Assembly (NCBI GenBank): GCA_963719305.1 | Contig: CAVRBL010000011.1 | Span: 388,459-452,458 of the forward strand | DNA: 64,000 nt | DNA from: an uncultured Actinomycetes bacterium | GTDB taxonomy: Bacteria > Actinomycetota > Thermoleophilia > Solirubrobacterales > Solirubrobacteraceae | Direction of reading: 5' to 3' | In this document: one piece after another, positions 11,702 through 22,354 of the stretch | Position numbering within the stretch: the first letter of the stretch is position 1 | Layout of the letters: each line of letters begins with the position of its first letter | Notes under the pieces: generated by a model | Databases searched by the model: none | Seen by the model: only the letters and a program-made list of their open reading frames with translations | Told to the model about the DNA's origin: nothing | Made by a program: the position numbers and the translations under genes

Positions 11702-12466
11702 TCAAGCCCCAAGCATGCTGAAGCCGCCGTCGTACACCAGGAACGCCCCCGTGAGGTGCGCGGAGTCCTCGCTGGCCAGGAACACGACCGGCCCGACGAT
11801 GTCCTCGGGAGCGGGGATGCGGCGCAGCGGCGTGCGCGCCAGGACTTGTTCGCGGCGTCCCGACCGCCAGTCCTCGCGTCCCACCGTGGTCTCCGTCTCG
11901 ATGAACCCGGGGCCGATCGCGTTGACGCGTACTGCCGGCGCGAACGCCGCGGCATAGGACTTCGTCAGGCCGATCACCCCGTACTTGGAAGCGGCATATT
12001 GCGGTGCCCGCGGGCTGCCCGTCACCACCACGTTCGAGCACACGTTGACGATCGTGCCGGCGCCCTGGTCGAGCATCCGACCGCCGATGGAATGGATGAC
12101 GAGCATCGTGCCCTTGATGTCGGTGGCGATCACCCGATCGATCAGCGCCTCGTCGAGCTCGCGCCAAGATTGCTGCTCGGGGGCGGCATCGCCCACGTTG
12201 TTGACCAGGACGTCGACCCGTCCCAGCCCCGCGAACACCTCCACCGCCAGCCGCTGCACGTCCGCCACCCGCGTGATGTCCGCCTGCACCGTGATCGCCC
12301 GGCGCCCGAGCGCGGCAACCTCCTGCGCGACGCGCTCGGCGCCGTCCCGCGAACGATTGAAGTGGACAGCCACATCGGCGCCCTCGCGCGCCAGTCCCAG
12401 CGCCAGTGCGCTGCCGAGCCCGCGCCCGGCGCCGGTGACCAGCGCAGCCTGACCCTCCAGCCTCAC
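11702..12466 (-). CDS. SDR family NAD(P)-dependent oxidoreductase
   Basis: TGAGRGLG, NNVG, YAASK, VRVNAIGPG; GTGA overlap with upstream hyuB. Confidence 0.92.
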   Translation of the reverse strand: MRLEGQAALVTGAGRGLGSALALGLAREGADVAVHFNRSRDGAERVAQEVAALGRRAITVQADITRVADVQRLAVEVFAGLGRVDVLVNNVGDAAPEQQSWRELDEALIDRVIATDIKGTMLVIHSIGGRMLDQGAGTIVNVCSNVVVTGSPRAPQYAASKYGVIGLTKSYAAAFAPAVRVNAIGPGFIETETTVGREDWRSGRREQVLARTPLRRIPAPEDIVGPVVFLASEDSAHLTGAFLVYDGGFSMLGA

Positions 12467-14688
12467 ACCCCCGGCTCCAGCCGGACATCCTCGAGCATTC
12501 CACGCCCTCGCTCGGCGACCTCGGTCCCGTGCCGGCGCCCGCACGCGGGACACAGGTAGTGCACCAGCTCGAGCGCCCGATGCACCACGATGCCGCGCGG
12601 CAACTCCGAGGGGATCGGTCGCCGGATGGCGCAGCCACGACGCCAGTCGCGGTCGGCCCGGCCCAGCGGCTGACCGCATGCGCACCGCACGATCAGCCCG
12701 TGCTCTCCTCGAACCAGGACCAGCGCGAGTCCGATCGTCCCAACGGTCTCCCCGCCTTCGACTGGTCCCGGCTCGGTCGGCGGGTCCGCGCGGCGCAGCC
12801 GCTCACGGCGCAGGGAATCCCGATCCCCCGGCACTCCGTACACCGACCGCGCCCGCTCTTCCGAGACGACGCCCAGCGCCACGTCGCGCACGACCAGCTC
12901 TGGATCGCGGTCCAGCGGGTCTCCATAGCCACCACCGCCCTGCCACGTGTAGACGACGACGTCGCCCGGCTGAAGCTCGAACTCCGGCACCTTGGCCTCG
13001 AGCAGCTCGACCTCGCCTCCGAGACGGTCGAGGTCGAGCGGTGCCAGCACGTCGTCGAGCGTCAGCGGCAGCTCGCCGGCCGCGAGCAGCTCGCGCACGC
13101 GGGTGGCCCGCACTACCAGTTGGCGGTTGCACACGCCCGGCCAGCCCCCGAACTGGCCGAAGGACACCGGCACCTCGACGCCGTGCGCCGTGATCGAGTT
13201 GCGCAGTCGCTCCACGCCATACGGGGTCCAGGCGGTTCCCGCCGCGCGCCCGCCACGGAAGGCGCCGTCGCCGCCTGTGTCTGTGAAGAAGCTGCGGAAC
13301 AGGAACAGCATCGGACCGTGCAGCTCGTTGGTTTCGACGTTGGCGATATGCGGGCGGGGCGCCACCAGCGCGCCTGACTGATCGATCCCGTCGGCGACGG
13401 CGCTCGCGCCCCCTCCGCCGATCTGCGCGTCGATCAGCTGCGTGCCGTACGGCTCGCCGTGCTGGTTGCGGTCGCCGCTGAACAATGCGGCAAAGGTGCC
13501 GTGGGTGATTGCACAGGAGTGGGGTCGCAGCTCCTCTGAGAACGCCAGCAGCTTGGACACGGCGTGGCTGGCCACGCTCATGATTGTCCAGCCCTGCCCG
13601 ATCGTCGCGGCGCCGGTAGCCGCCGGGCGACGGGCGTTGACGATCAGCCCCTTGGGGGCGATCACCTCGAGCGCGCCGAGGATCCCGTGGTTCCAGGGAA
13701 TCCCCGCTCCCAGGATCGGCGCAGCGCCGCCAAAGATCGAGCCGATCAGGGCTCCTTCCGTGCAGTTGATGTAGGTCGCCGCCTGCGGCGCTGAGGCGCG
13801 CATGTCAAAGCACAGCACGTCGCCTCGCTTGTGCAGGCGCACGTCCACGGGATAGACGCGGTTCTCTACGCCGTCGTGGTCGAGGAACCCACGCGTGTGG
13901 AAGGTGCCGTCGGGCAGCGAGCGCAGACGCTCGCGCATCCGCCGCTCCGAGTAGCGGATCAATTCCTCCATCGCCGTCAGGAGCGTGTCGGCGCCGTAGC
14001 GCGCGATCAGCTCCGCCATCCGCTCGCGGGCCACGGAATTCGAGGCGATGAAGCCTCGCAGGTCCAGCCCAACCATCTGCGGCTGGCGCGTCATGTTGAG
14101 GATCAACCTCCAGACGTCACGCTGCAGCACCCCGCGCACGACCAGCTTGATCGGCGGCATCATCAGTCCCTCCTGGTGCTTTTCGCGTGCTCGCGGGGAG
14201 ATCGAACCCACGCTCATGCCGCCCATGTCCACCTGGTGTGCGGCGACCCCGGCCCAGGCGATCAGCCGCCCTTCGTGGTGGATCGGAGCGACCAGCGAGA
14301 CATCCGGATGGTGCACCGCGCCGTAATAGGGGTCGTTGACGACGAACATGTCGCCCTCCCCGATCTCCTCGGTGGGGAACGCCTCCATCACGTGGCGAAG
14401 GACGATCGGCATCGCGCCGGAGTGGAAGACCACCTGCGGGCCCATCGATGCAATCCGTCCATCGGCGGTATAGAGAGCGTTGTTGAAGTCGCTCGCCGCG
14501 GTCACGATCGGCGAGACCGACACGTCCTTGAGCGCGATCGCCTGCTCCTCGTTGACTGCCTCGAGCTTGTGGCGGAGGATCTCGAACGTCGCTGGGTCAA
14601 GCGCCAGCGGCCGCTCCAGTCGCTCCCAGTCCGCCGGGCTCGGCCCGAGCACGTAATCCTCCGCGGGGGCCAGCTGCTGGTCGCTCAC
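12463..14688 (-). CDS. hyuB: Hydantoinase B/oxoprolinase subunit with C-terminal Cys4 domain (paralog of 6941-9168)
   Basis: LDPATFEILRH, NDPYYGAVHHPD, AHQVDMGG, GGGGYGDPLDR; tail RCACG...YLCPACG. Confidence 0.92.
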   Translation of the reverse strand: MSDQQLAPAEDYVLGPSPADWERLERPLALDPATFEILRHKLEAVNEEQAIALKDVSVSPIVTAASDFNNALYTADGRIASMGPQVVFHSGAMPIVLRHVMEAFPTEEIGEGDMFVVNDPYYGAVHHPDVSLVAPIHHEGRLIAWAGVAAHQVDMGGMSVGSISPRAREKHQEGLMMPPIKLVVRGVLQRDVWRLILNMTRQPQMVGLDLRGFIASNSVARERMAELIARYGADTLLTAMEELIRYSERRMRERLRSLPDGTFHTRGFLDHDGVENRVYPVDVRLHKRGDVLCFDMRASAPQAATYINCTEGALIGSIFGGAAPILGAGIPWNHGILGALEVIAPKGLIVNARRPAATGAATIGQGWTIMSVASHAVSKLLAFSEELRPHSCAITHGTFAALFSGDRNQHGEPYGTQLIDAQIGGGGASAVADGIDQSGALVAPRPHIANVETNELHGPMLFLFRSFFTDTGGDGAFRGGRAAGTAWTPYGVERLRNSITAHGVEVPVSFGQFGGWPGVCNRQLVVRATRVRELLAAGELPLTLDDVLAPLDLDRLGGEVELLEAKVPEFELQPGDVVVYTWQGGGGYGDPLDRDPELVVRDVALGVVSEERARSVYGVPGDRDSLRRERLRRADPPTEPGPVEGGETVGTIGLALVLVRGEHGLIVRCACGQPLGRADRDWRRGCAIRRPIPSELPRGIVVHRALELVHYLCPACGRRHGTEVAERGRGMLEDVRLEPGV

Positions 14689-14711
14689 GGGTGATCGATC
14701 CTTCCCGATCA

Positions 14712-14726
14712 TGTATCAAATGTCAA
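14712..14726. promoter_or_regulatory. Regulon motif copy 3
   Basis: TGTATCAAATGTCAA in the 40 bp gap between divergent hyuB and the flavoprotein gene. Confidence 0.7.
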
Positions 14727-14728
14727 TC

Positions 14729-16396
14729 ATGGCGACTGAATATGACGCGATCGTGGTCGGCGGCGGGCACCAGGCGCTCGTCAGCGCGGCGTACTTGGCC
14801 CGCGCGGGCTGGAGCGTCCTGGTGCTCGAACGGGGAGAGCGTCCGGGGGGAGCGGTGCAGAGCGCCGAGATCACCCGGCCGGGATTCGTGCACGACCTGT
14901 TCGCGACCAACATGAACCTGTTCCTCGGCTCGCCGGTGGCGGCCGAGCTCGGGGCTGACCTGGAGCGGCATGGCCTTCGGTATGCCACCTGCGAGCAGCC
15001 GTTCGCAAACGTCTATCCCGAGGGACTGGCGCTGCGCGTCCGTCGGGGCGTGGCCGACACGCTCTCGGAGCTGGGGGGCCACGACCCTCGCGACGCCGAC
15101 GGCTGGCGCGAGCTCGATGCCCTCTACGAGCGCCTTAGTCCCGCGCTGTTCGCGCTATACGGCTCCCGGCTGGACAGCCGTAGCCTGCTCGCGCTGGCCG
15201 TCGGGCAACTTCCGGCGCTGGGTGCGGACGGGGCCTGGGAGCTGGCGCGGCTGTTGGTCTCGTCCACGCGCGAGCTCGCGGAGACGTATCTGCACTCGCC
15301 CGAGGCACACGCCCTGCTGGGCTGTTGGGGGCTGCACCTGGACTTCGGTCCCGATGTGGCCGGCGGTGCGATGTTCCCCTTCCTGGAAGCGTTCACGGAC
15401 ATGCGCACCGGGATCGCGATTGCCCAGGGTGGCGCGTCGGAGCTGATCAAGGCCCTTGCGGCGGTCGCGGCCGAGCACGGCGCCGAGCTTCGAACCAAGT
15501 CGGAGGTCACGCGGGTAACGGTCAATCAAGGCCGGGCCGACGGGGTGGAGCTTGCCTCCGGTGAGCGGATCGGGGCCCGACGGGTTGTGATCGCCGGCGT
15601 CACGCCGCAGGCACTCTACGAGCGGCTGCTGGCCGGCGTTCCGCTTCCCGACGGGTTGCGGCGTGCCGCTCGCCGCTACCGCTATGGCCCCGGCACGTTG
15701 ATGGTTCACCTCGCGCTGTCCGCGCCGCCCCTGTGGCGAGCCGGCGAGGATCTCAACAAGTTCGCCTACATCCACATAGCGCCCTATCTCGACGACCTCG
15801 CCACCACCTATTCGCAGGCATGCGCCGGAGTGCTGCCCGCAGAGCCGATGCTGATCGTGGGCCAGACCTCGGCCGTGGACCCTTCGCGTGCTCCCGTGGG
15901 GGGCGCGGCTCTGTGGGTGCAGGTGCGGGCGCTGCCCGCGCAGATCCGAGGCGATGCAGCGGGGGAGATCGCGGCCGGGACGTGGGACGAGGTGCGGGAC
16001 CGATACGCCGATCGGGTGCTCGCGAAGCTCGAGCGCTACGCGCCGGGGATCGGTGATCTTCTCCTGGACAGAGCGGTGCTCTCCCCGGCTGACCTCGAGC
16101 AGCAAGACCCGAACCTGGTCGGTGGGGACTCGATCACGGGCAGCATGCACCTGCGCCAGAACTTCCTGTTTCGGCAGGTGCCGCCGCTGCGCGACTACGA
16201 GACCGGGGTCGACGGGCTGCTGATGGTGGGGGCGGCGACCTGGCCAGGCGCCGGCGTCAACGCCATCTCCGGTTACAACGTCGCGCGGAAATTGTTGGCG
16301 CCGCCACCCCGGCGCGCAGAGGACGCCAGGCTCGTGCTCAGTGCGGTGCGCGCAGCAGTCGGGCCACTCTTGCGATCCGCCCGTCGCCGGCGATGA
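14729..16396 (+). CDS. Phytoene desaturase-like (COG1233/PYROXD2-type) FAD oxidoreductase
   Basis: YDAIVVGGGH, LERGERPGGAV, PGFVHD, SPADLE..PNLVGGD, GAATWPGAGV. Confidence 0.88.
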   Translation: MATEYDAIVVGGGHQALVSAAYLARAGWSVLVLERGERPGGAVQSAEITRPGFVHDLFATNMNLFLGSPVAAELGADLERHGLRYATCEQPFANVYPEGLALRVRRGVADTLSELGGHDPRDADGWRELDALYERLSPALFALYGSRLDSRSLLALAVGQLPALGADGAWELARLLVSSTRELAETYLHSPEAHALLGCWGLHLDFGPDVAGGAMFPFLEAFTDMRTGIAIAQGGASELIKALAAVAAEHGAELRTKSEVTRVTVNQGRADGVELASGERIGARRVVIAGVTPQALYERLLAGVPLPDGLRRAARRYRYGPGTLMVHLALSAPPLWRAGEDLNKFAYIHIAPYLDDLATTYSQACAGVLPAEPMLIVGQTSAVDPSRAPVGGAALWVQVRALPAQIRGDAAGEIAAGTWDEVRDRYADRVLAKLERYAPGIGDLLLDRAVLSPADLEQQDPNLVGGDSITGSMHLRQNFLFRQVPPLRDYETGVDGLLMVGAATWPGAGVNAISGYNVARKLLAPPPRRAEDARLVLSAVRAAVGPLLRSARRRR

Positions 16397-17960
16397 GCCG
16401 CAGCGCGACGATCCGGCCGGATGCCGCGTTCAGCCCCGGCCCCGGGTATGTGGAAGCGCCGCACTGGTACAGGTGCTCGACCGGGGTCGAGTGGGCGCCG
16501 TAAGCGGGCAGCGGCCGCCAGAGATATGACTGGCCAAGCTCGCAGTCACCCGCATAAATGTCGCCCCGGACCAGGTTCGGATTGCGGCGCTCGAGCTCCA
16601 CCGGCGATAGCGTGACCGCGCTGCCGCGCGCCTGCGGCCAGTTCTCTACGTGGGGCTCCAGCGCGGCCAGCACTCGGTCGCTGAAGGCCGCCACCAGCTC
16701 CTCGCTCCAGCTGCCATCGCCGGTATCGATCTCGCCCCCGGCGTCTCCGCGGGGGGCATACGGCACCTGCTGGAGCTGGATCCACATGATCGCGGCGCCA
16801 TTCGGCGCCCTGCTCGGATCGACCACGGTGGGCTGCCCGACGACGATGGTTGGCTTGGCCGGCAGCAGACCGGCGGCGGCCTGTGCGCAGGCCAGCGAGA
16901 CGCTGCCGAGACCATCGCTCAGATGGACCAGCGGTACGGCATCGAGGCGAGAATCGCGCCAGCGCAAGCGCTCCTTGAGCGCGACGTGGATCTGCGTTCC
17001 GGCCCGGGGGGAGTAGCGAAACCGGGTTCCCTCAGCGGCCGCCTCCTTCGGGACGGCGCCCGATGGGAGCAGGCGTCCATAGAGCTGGGTGGGCGTCGTG
17101 TTCGCGATCACCGCCCGGCGGGCCTGGATCTCCTCGCCGCCAGCCACGACGCCCGTTGCGGTACGTCCGCGGGTGAGGATCCGCTCCACCTCGATCCCGG
17201 TCCTGATCCGCCCACCGTGGTCTTCGATCAGCCGCCCGAACGCCCGCACGAAGTTCTGGGCGCCTCCGCGGACCACGGGAAGCCCCACGGCATGCAGGGA
17301 CCCCGCGATCGCCAGCACCTGAAAGCCACTACCGGCGCTATCAGGCGCGAGGCCCGTGTGCAAGGCCCACGGCGCATACAGGTCGGCGACCTCGCGGCCC
17401 TGAAAGCGGGTCTCGAACCAGCCGCGCGCGGAGGAGACGACATCCGAGGCGAAACTCAGGCTGCGTCGGCGCCCAAGCGAACGCCCCAGCCTCCAGGCGA
17501 GCTTGGCGGCACTGCCGGAGTAGAGCTCGGTGCCCAGCAGCGTCCCTACTGTCTCGATCGTCGCGCCGAAGCGGTCCATCTCGGCCCGGTACGCGGAGCG
17601 GTCAGCTGGATCGAATTCCTGGGCCGTGCGGGCGGCGTCCCGATAGGCGACGGTCGCGGTCCCACCGGGCAGCACGTTCGCCGTCGTCTCGGCGGGGGTC
17701 TCGCAATACTCGAGCCCCCGCGACTCGAGCTCCGGGCCGAGCTCCGCATAGGCAGCGGAGAGCTTGAACAGCGGATGCCAGGCGGAGAAGGTGTCGTGCA
17801 CGAATCCGGGCTCGGTCAGCTCCTCGCTTGCTACCGCTCCGCCCGCCGCTGGGTTGCGCTCTAACACCTCGACGCTCAGCCCAGCGCGCGCGAGATACGC
17901 CGCGGCGACAAGCCCGTTGTGGCCGGAGCCGATCACGACCACATCGCAGACCTCAGCCAT
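16338..17960 (-). CDS. Phytoene desaturase-like (COG1233) FAD oxidoreductase, second paralog
   Basis: DVVVIGSGHNGL, PGFVHD, SPVELERRNPNLVRGD, GASTYPGPG. Confidence 0.88.
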   Translation of the reverse strand: MAEVCDVVVIGSGHNGLVAAAYLARAGLSVEVLERNPAAGGAVASEELTEPGFVHDTFSAWHPLFKLSAAYAELGPELESRGLEYCETPAETTANVLPGGTATVAYRDAARTAQEFDPADRSAYRAEMDRFGATIETVGTLLGTELYSGSAAKLAWRLGRSLGRRRSLSFASDVVSSARGWFETRFQGREVADLYAPWALHTGLAPDSAGSGFQVLAIAGSLHAVGLPVVRGGAQNFVRAFGRLIEDHGGRIRTGIEVERILTRGRTATGVVAGGEEIQARRAVIANTTPTQLYGRLLPSGAVPKEAAAEGTRFRYSPRAGTQIHVALKERLRWRDSRLDAVPLVHLSDGLGSVSLACAQAAAGLLPAKPTIVVGQPTVVDPSRAPNGAAIMWIQLQQVPYAPRGDAGGEIDTGDGSWSEELVAAFSDRVLAALEPHVENWPQARGSAVTLSPVELERRNPNLVRGDIYAGDCELGQSYLWRPLPAYGAHSTPVEHLYQCGASTYPGPGLNAASGRIVALRLIAGDGRIARVARLLRAPH

Positions 17961-18005
17961 CGACCAGACCCTCGCTAGCGGCCATCGCCCGGAGCCTCGC
18001 AACGC

Positions 18006-18021
18006 TTTGATCAAATGTCAA
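18006..18021. promoter_or_regulatory. Regulon motif copy 4 (consensus TTTGATCAAATGTCAA)
   Basis: Upstream of the 17960 start; contains TTGACA on the minus strand. Confidence 0.7.
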
Positions 18022-18083
18022 GTCAGCGCGGGGCGGTGCCCGCATGTGGCGCCACGCACGGTCGGCCAGGGCGCCGGCGCCGG

Positions 18084-19280
18084 TCAAGCCAGCCGCAGCT
18101 GGCGCGGAATCGCGGCGATCGCCGCAAGCGACAGCGCCGCCAATGCCGCGAAACCGATCCGGCCCTCGCCAGGCAGGCTGAACGTCAGCCCCACCAGCGG
18201 CGCGCCGCAGACGATCACCAGGATCGGATAGATGTTCATCGCGCCCACGGCCGCGCCCGCGGCATGCGGGTAGATCCGGGTCGCGCCAACGAGGGTGGCG
18301 CCGAACGGGATGCCCGCAGCCAGACCGGCGAGCGCTGCCCCTGCGACGTCAACCACCCCGCTCAATGAAAGCGCTAGCAGCGCTGTTCCCAGCGCGACAG
18401 CCGCGAAGCTGAACGCGACCGCGCGCCAGACGGCATGAGGCAGCGAACGGGCGAGGATCCCTCCGGCCGGCCTTCCGGCGATGGCAAGGATCAGGAGCAG
18501 CGAACCAATCGCGCCGGCGGTCCCTCGCGAGAGGCCTTCCGTGCGTTCAAGCAGCGTCACCACCCAGTTGCCGAGGATCACGCTGAAGCCAAAGGAGACC
18601 GAGGACATCGCGCCCAACTGCGCGAGCGTGCGATCGGCCAGCAGCGCACGCATCGGCGGCGTCCCGCCGACCGTGGTGCGTCCCGGCGTTGCCGGACAGA
18701 CCGCCACAAATGGGATTGACACCGCCGAGACCACGGCGGCGCTGGCGTACGGTGCCCGCCAGCCGAATGCCCCCACCAGCTGGGGCACGACCGCCAGCGC
18801 GAGCCCGCCGCCGCCCAGCGCGGCACCGCCGTAGATGCCGCCGGCGAGCGCCGCGCCGCGGCCGGCCTCGAACTGCACATAGATCGCTCCGGCAAGGAAT
18901 CCCACTCCCACCCCGAGTCCGGTGAGCCCCCGCAGCGTCAGCGCCAGCAGCGGCGAGGCGGTGGTGAGCAGGAGCAGGTTGCCGACCAGCGAGACGAGCA
19001 GCGTGACGAGCCCCACGCGCTTCGCCCCGTAGCGGTCGATCGCCCGACCGCCGGGGATCATCACCGCCAGCTCGGCGAAGAACAGCACCGTCGTCAGGAG
19101 TCCGATGACCGCGAGGCTGGTCCCGTAGTGGTGCGCCAGCAGCGTCGCCACCGGTCCCGTGTTCGCGATGTTCCAGGAGATCGCCAGGCCGACGACGCTG
19201 CCGCCGATCAGCGAGCCGAGCCCGGACCGCCTCCAGCGGCGCGGCACCCGCTCAACCGGGCTGGTGCCACGAATGCTCAA
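18084..19280 (-). CDS. MFS transporter
   Basis: ~12 hydrophobic segments; motif A GRAIDRYGAKR; FGWRAPY. Confidence 0.88.
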   Translation of the reverse strand: MSIRGTSPVERVPRRWRRSGLGSLIGGSVVGLAISWNIANTGPVATLLAHHYGTSLAVIGLLTTVLFFAELAVMIPGGRAIDRYGAKRVGLVTLLVSLVGNLLLLTTASPLLALTLRGLTGLGVGVGFLAGAIYVQFEAGRGAALAGGIYGGAALGGGGLALAVVPQLVGAFGWRAPYASAAVVSAVSIPFVAVCPATPGRTTVGGTPPMRALLADRTLAQLGAMSSVSFGFSVILGNWVVTLLERTEGLSRGTAGAIGSLLLILAIAGRPAGGILARSLPHAVWRAVAFSFAAVALGTALLALSLSGVVDVAGAALAGLAAGIPFGATLVGATRIYPHAAGAAVGAMNIYPILVIVCGAPLVGLTFSLPGEGRIGFAALAALSLAAIAAIPRQLRLA

Positions 19281-20172
19281 GCCCCTCGATCAAGGCCGCG
19301 ATCGCTTCGTTGAGCGGCGTTGGGACCCCCTGCTCGGAACCGAACCGGACGATCCCGCCGTTGAGGGCGTCGACCTCCGTGGCGCGCTCGGCCAGCACGT
19401 CCTGAAGCATGCTCGCCCGGTGCTCGTAAGCGACCTTGGCGGCATGATCGACCAGTTCGTCGGGATCGGAGTCGAGAGTGATCCCCAGCGAGTCCGCAAC
19501 CGCCTTGCCCTCGTTCACCAGGGCGGTGATCAGGCGTCGGGTTTCGGGAAGCTCGCACAGGCGCCCGTGCGTCAATCGTGTCAGCGCGCCCAGGGGATTG
19601 GTGGCGGCGTTGAAGATCAACTTGGTCCACTGTGCGCCGCGGGCGTCCTCTAGAGCCTTGGTGTTCATCCCTCCCGCGGTGATCGCCTCCGCCAGCCGGC
19701 GGACCTCGTCCATGCTCGCCGGCCGGGACTCGAACGGGCCCAGCCACGTGTCGCCGCGGGTATCCATGTGAACCACCCCGGGCTCCACGACGTGCCCAGC
19801 CGGGAAGGTGGTGCCCCTGATCACCCGCTCCACGTGCTCGGCGATCGTCTCCTCGTTGCCGACGCCGTTCTGGACGGAGGCGACGGCGCCGTCGGCGAAC
19901 GCACGGGCGGCCTGCTCGATCGCGTCGCGGGTGAACATGCTCTTGGTCGCGGTGATCCCGAACTCGCAGGCCGGCAGCTGCGTGGGATCGGTGGTGGCCC
20001 GAACCCGGCCAGTCAGCTCCGCCTCGCCGGTCAGGCGCAGCCCGTTGCGGTTGATCGCCTCGACGTGGGGCTCCACAACGTCGTAGGCCCACACCTCCAC
20101 GTCCTCGACCTGCGCCAGATGGGCGGCGAACAGGCTTCCGACCGCGCCGCAACCGATGACGGCGACCCTCAC
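19252..20172 (-). CDS. panE: Ketopantoate reductase family (2-dehydropantoate 2-reductase-like)
   Basis: VAVIGCGAVG, QNGVG, WTKLIFNAATNP, SMLQDVLAERATEVDALNG. Confidence 0.85.
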   Translation of the reverse strand: MRVAVIGCGAVGSLFAAHLAQVEDVEVWAYDVVEPHVEAINRNGLRLTGEAELTGRVRATTDPTQLPACEFGITATKSMFTRDAIEQAARAFADGAVASVQNGVGNEETIAEHVERVIRGTTFPAGHVVEPGVVHMDTRGDTWLGPFESRPASMDEVRRLAEAITAGGMNTKALEDARGAQWTKLIFNAATNPLGALTRLTHGRLCELPETRRLITALVNEGKAVADSLGITLDSDPDELVDHAAKVAYEHRASMLQDVLAERATEVDALNGGIVRFGSEQGVPTPLNEAIAALIEGLEHSWHQPG

Positions 20173-21182
20173 GACCGCACCTCCGCAACCTGCGTGCGGC
20201 CCAGCCCCCAGGAGGCCTCCTTGCCCTTGATCAGCCGCTGGACCGCGGCGGTGAGCGGAACCTCAACTCCTCGCCTCGCGGCCTCGCGGACGACCGCCCC
20301 AGCGATGAACTCGACCTCGGTCCGACGCCGCGCGAGCACGTCCTCGAGCATCGAAGGGAGATGGGCGTAGTCGCTGCGGTTGGTCTCTCCGCGTGCGACC
20401 GCCAGCAGGTTCATCTCCCAAGGGTCCTCGTGCAGATCGATCTCGCTCGCAGCGGCGACCGCCTTGCCCTCGTCGATCAGCGCACGAACGACCGGGCCGA
20501 GCGCGCCCTCGTCGGCGAACAGCGCGACGTGGGGCAGCTCGGTCAGGGCCGAGACGCCGTTGATCGCCGAGTTGAAGATCAGCTTCGACCACTGCGCGGG
20601 CAACAGGTCCGCGAACGTCTCGGCCCGCAGCCCGGAGGCCTTCAACCGCTCGGCGACCTGCTCGACCGTCGCCATCGAGGTCTGGGTTTGGGCCCACGGC
20701 CCGAGCCAGGTCGCGGTGTCCAGCTCGTACTCGACGTGGGTGTCGGCGTGGCGGGTACCGCTCATGAACGTGACCGAAGAGATCAACGGCCAGCTCCCGT
20801 GGCGGGCGAGCACCTCCTCTGCGCCCAGGCCGTTCTGGATCGTCATCATCGTCGCCTGGGGCGCGAGCCCTTCGAGTCGCGCCGCCACTGACTCCAGGTC
20901 GGTGGCCTTGGTGGCGACGATTCCGAGGTCGAAGTCGGGCAAGCTCGCTCGGGTCACTCGTGGCCCGCAGGCGCGCCACACGGTCGCTTTTGCCGGAGAT
21001 CCGCAGTCCGTCCAGGTTCAGCTGCTCGGCGTGCTCGGCGCGGCGGGTCAGGACCCACACATCGCTCACACGGTCGCGAGATGGCCCGCGAGCAGGCTGC
21101 CGATCGTCCCGCCGCCGATCACGCAGACGCGATCGAGCGCCGGTGCGGCCACCCGGGTCCGCCGGGAAGGTTCAGCGGGCAT
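20169..21182 (-). CDS. panE: Ketopantoate reductase family, second paralog (frameshifts ~21066 and ~20940)
   Basis: VCVIGGGTIG, QNGLG, WSKLIFNSAING, SMLEDVLARRRTEVE. Confidence 0.8.
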
Positions 21183-22354
21183 CGACCAGCGTACGGAACT
21201 CCTCGTCTGAGACGAGGCCGTGCTTGCGGGCGCCCAGTGCCTTGACCTTCGCCAGCAGTTCGGGCCAGTCCTCCTCCGCGCGCTCGAGTCCCAGCTCGGC
21301 GAGCTTGATCCGGATCGAGTCAAGCCCGCTCTTCTTGCCCAGCACGACCCGGCGCGGCGCGCCTACGAGCTCGGAGGAATAGGGCTCGATTGCGGGAGGG
21401 TCGTGGAACTGGCTGGCGACCGCGCCGCTCTCGCGGGTGAACAGCGTCTCTCCGATCAGCGGCTTCCATGGCTCGAGCTCATAGCCGGAGAGGTCTTCGA
21501 TCAGCTGCGAGACCTGGCGCAAGCGGTCGAAGCGGAGGTTCGTAGAAATGCCGTACAGCCCCTCCAGCGCCAGGGCCACTTCACCCAAGCTGGCGTTCCC
21601 CGCACGTTCGCCCATGCCATTGATCGTCCCCTGAACCCAGCGCGCGCCTGCCCGCACCGCTGCGATCGCGGCGGCGGTGGCCAAGCCGAAGTCGTTGTGG
21701 CCGTGCCAGTGGACCGGGGATGTCATTGCCCACCCACCGGAGAGCCTTGCTCACCAGGAATGCCGCGGCCTCGGGATTGACGGCGCCCAGCGTGTCGACG
21801 ATCGCGATTTCCTGGGCTCCAGCCCCCACTGCCTCCTTGTAGACGCGCTCCAGGAACGCGAGGTCGGCTCGTGAGCCGTCGACGCCGAAGTAACAGACGG
21901 TGACGCCGTTGCTCGCGGCGTGCGATACCGCGTTCACGACCCGCCGCACGAGCTCTTCGCGGGAGATCCCATACGCGGCCAGCTTCCCGTCGGAAACCGG
22001 CGACTCGATCACCGCCGCCCGCACGCCGATCTCCAGCAGCGCGTCGACGTCGGCGGGCACTGCCCGCGCGAAACCCCAGATCTCGGCTTGAAGACCGGCG
22101 GCGACGATAGCCCGGAAGGCCTCCGTGTCGTCTTTGGATACCCGGGGGAACCCGGCCTCGATCCGTTCGATTCCAAGCGAGTCGATTGCCCGGGCGATCT
22201 CGAGCTTCTGCTCAGGGTCGAGCGCGACGCCGACGGTCTGCTCGCCGTCGCGAAGCGTCGTGTCGTAGAGCCCGATGCGTTGTGGCGCGTGATCGCCGTC
22301 GTCGAGCGCGTTGCGGTTGAGCTCACCAGTCCAGATGTGTTCCTTGGGGATCAT
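21172..22354 (-). CDS. LeuA/homocitrate-synthase-like DRE-TIM acyltransferase lacking a regulatory domain (frameshift ~21725)
   Basis: YDTTLRDGEQT, IEAGFP, DTLG, HGHNDFG, GMGERAGNA, GKKSG. Confidence 0.85.

Noticed and set aside
14729-17960. Carotenoid biosynthesis
   Set aside because: No phytoene synthase or other crt genes, and the context is catabolic.
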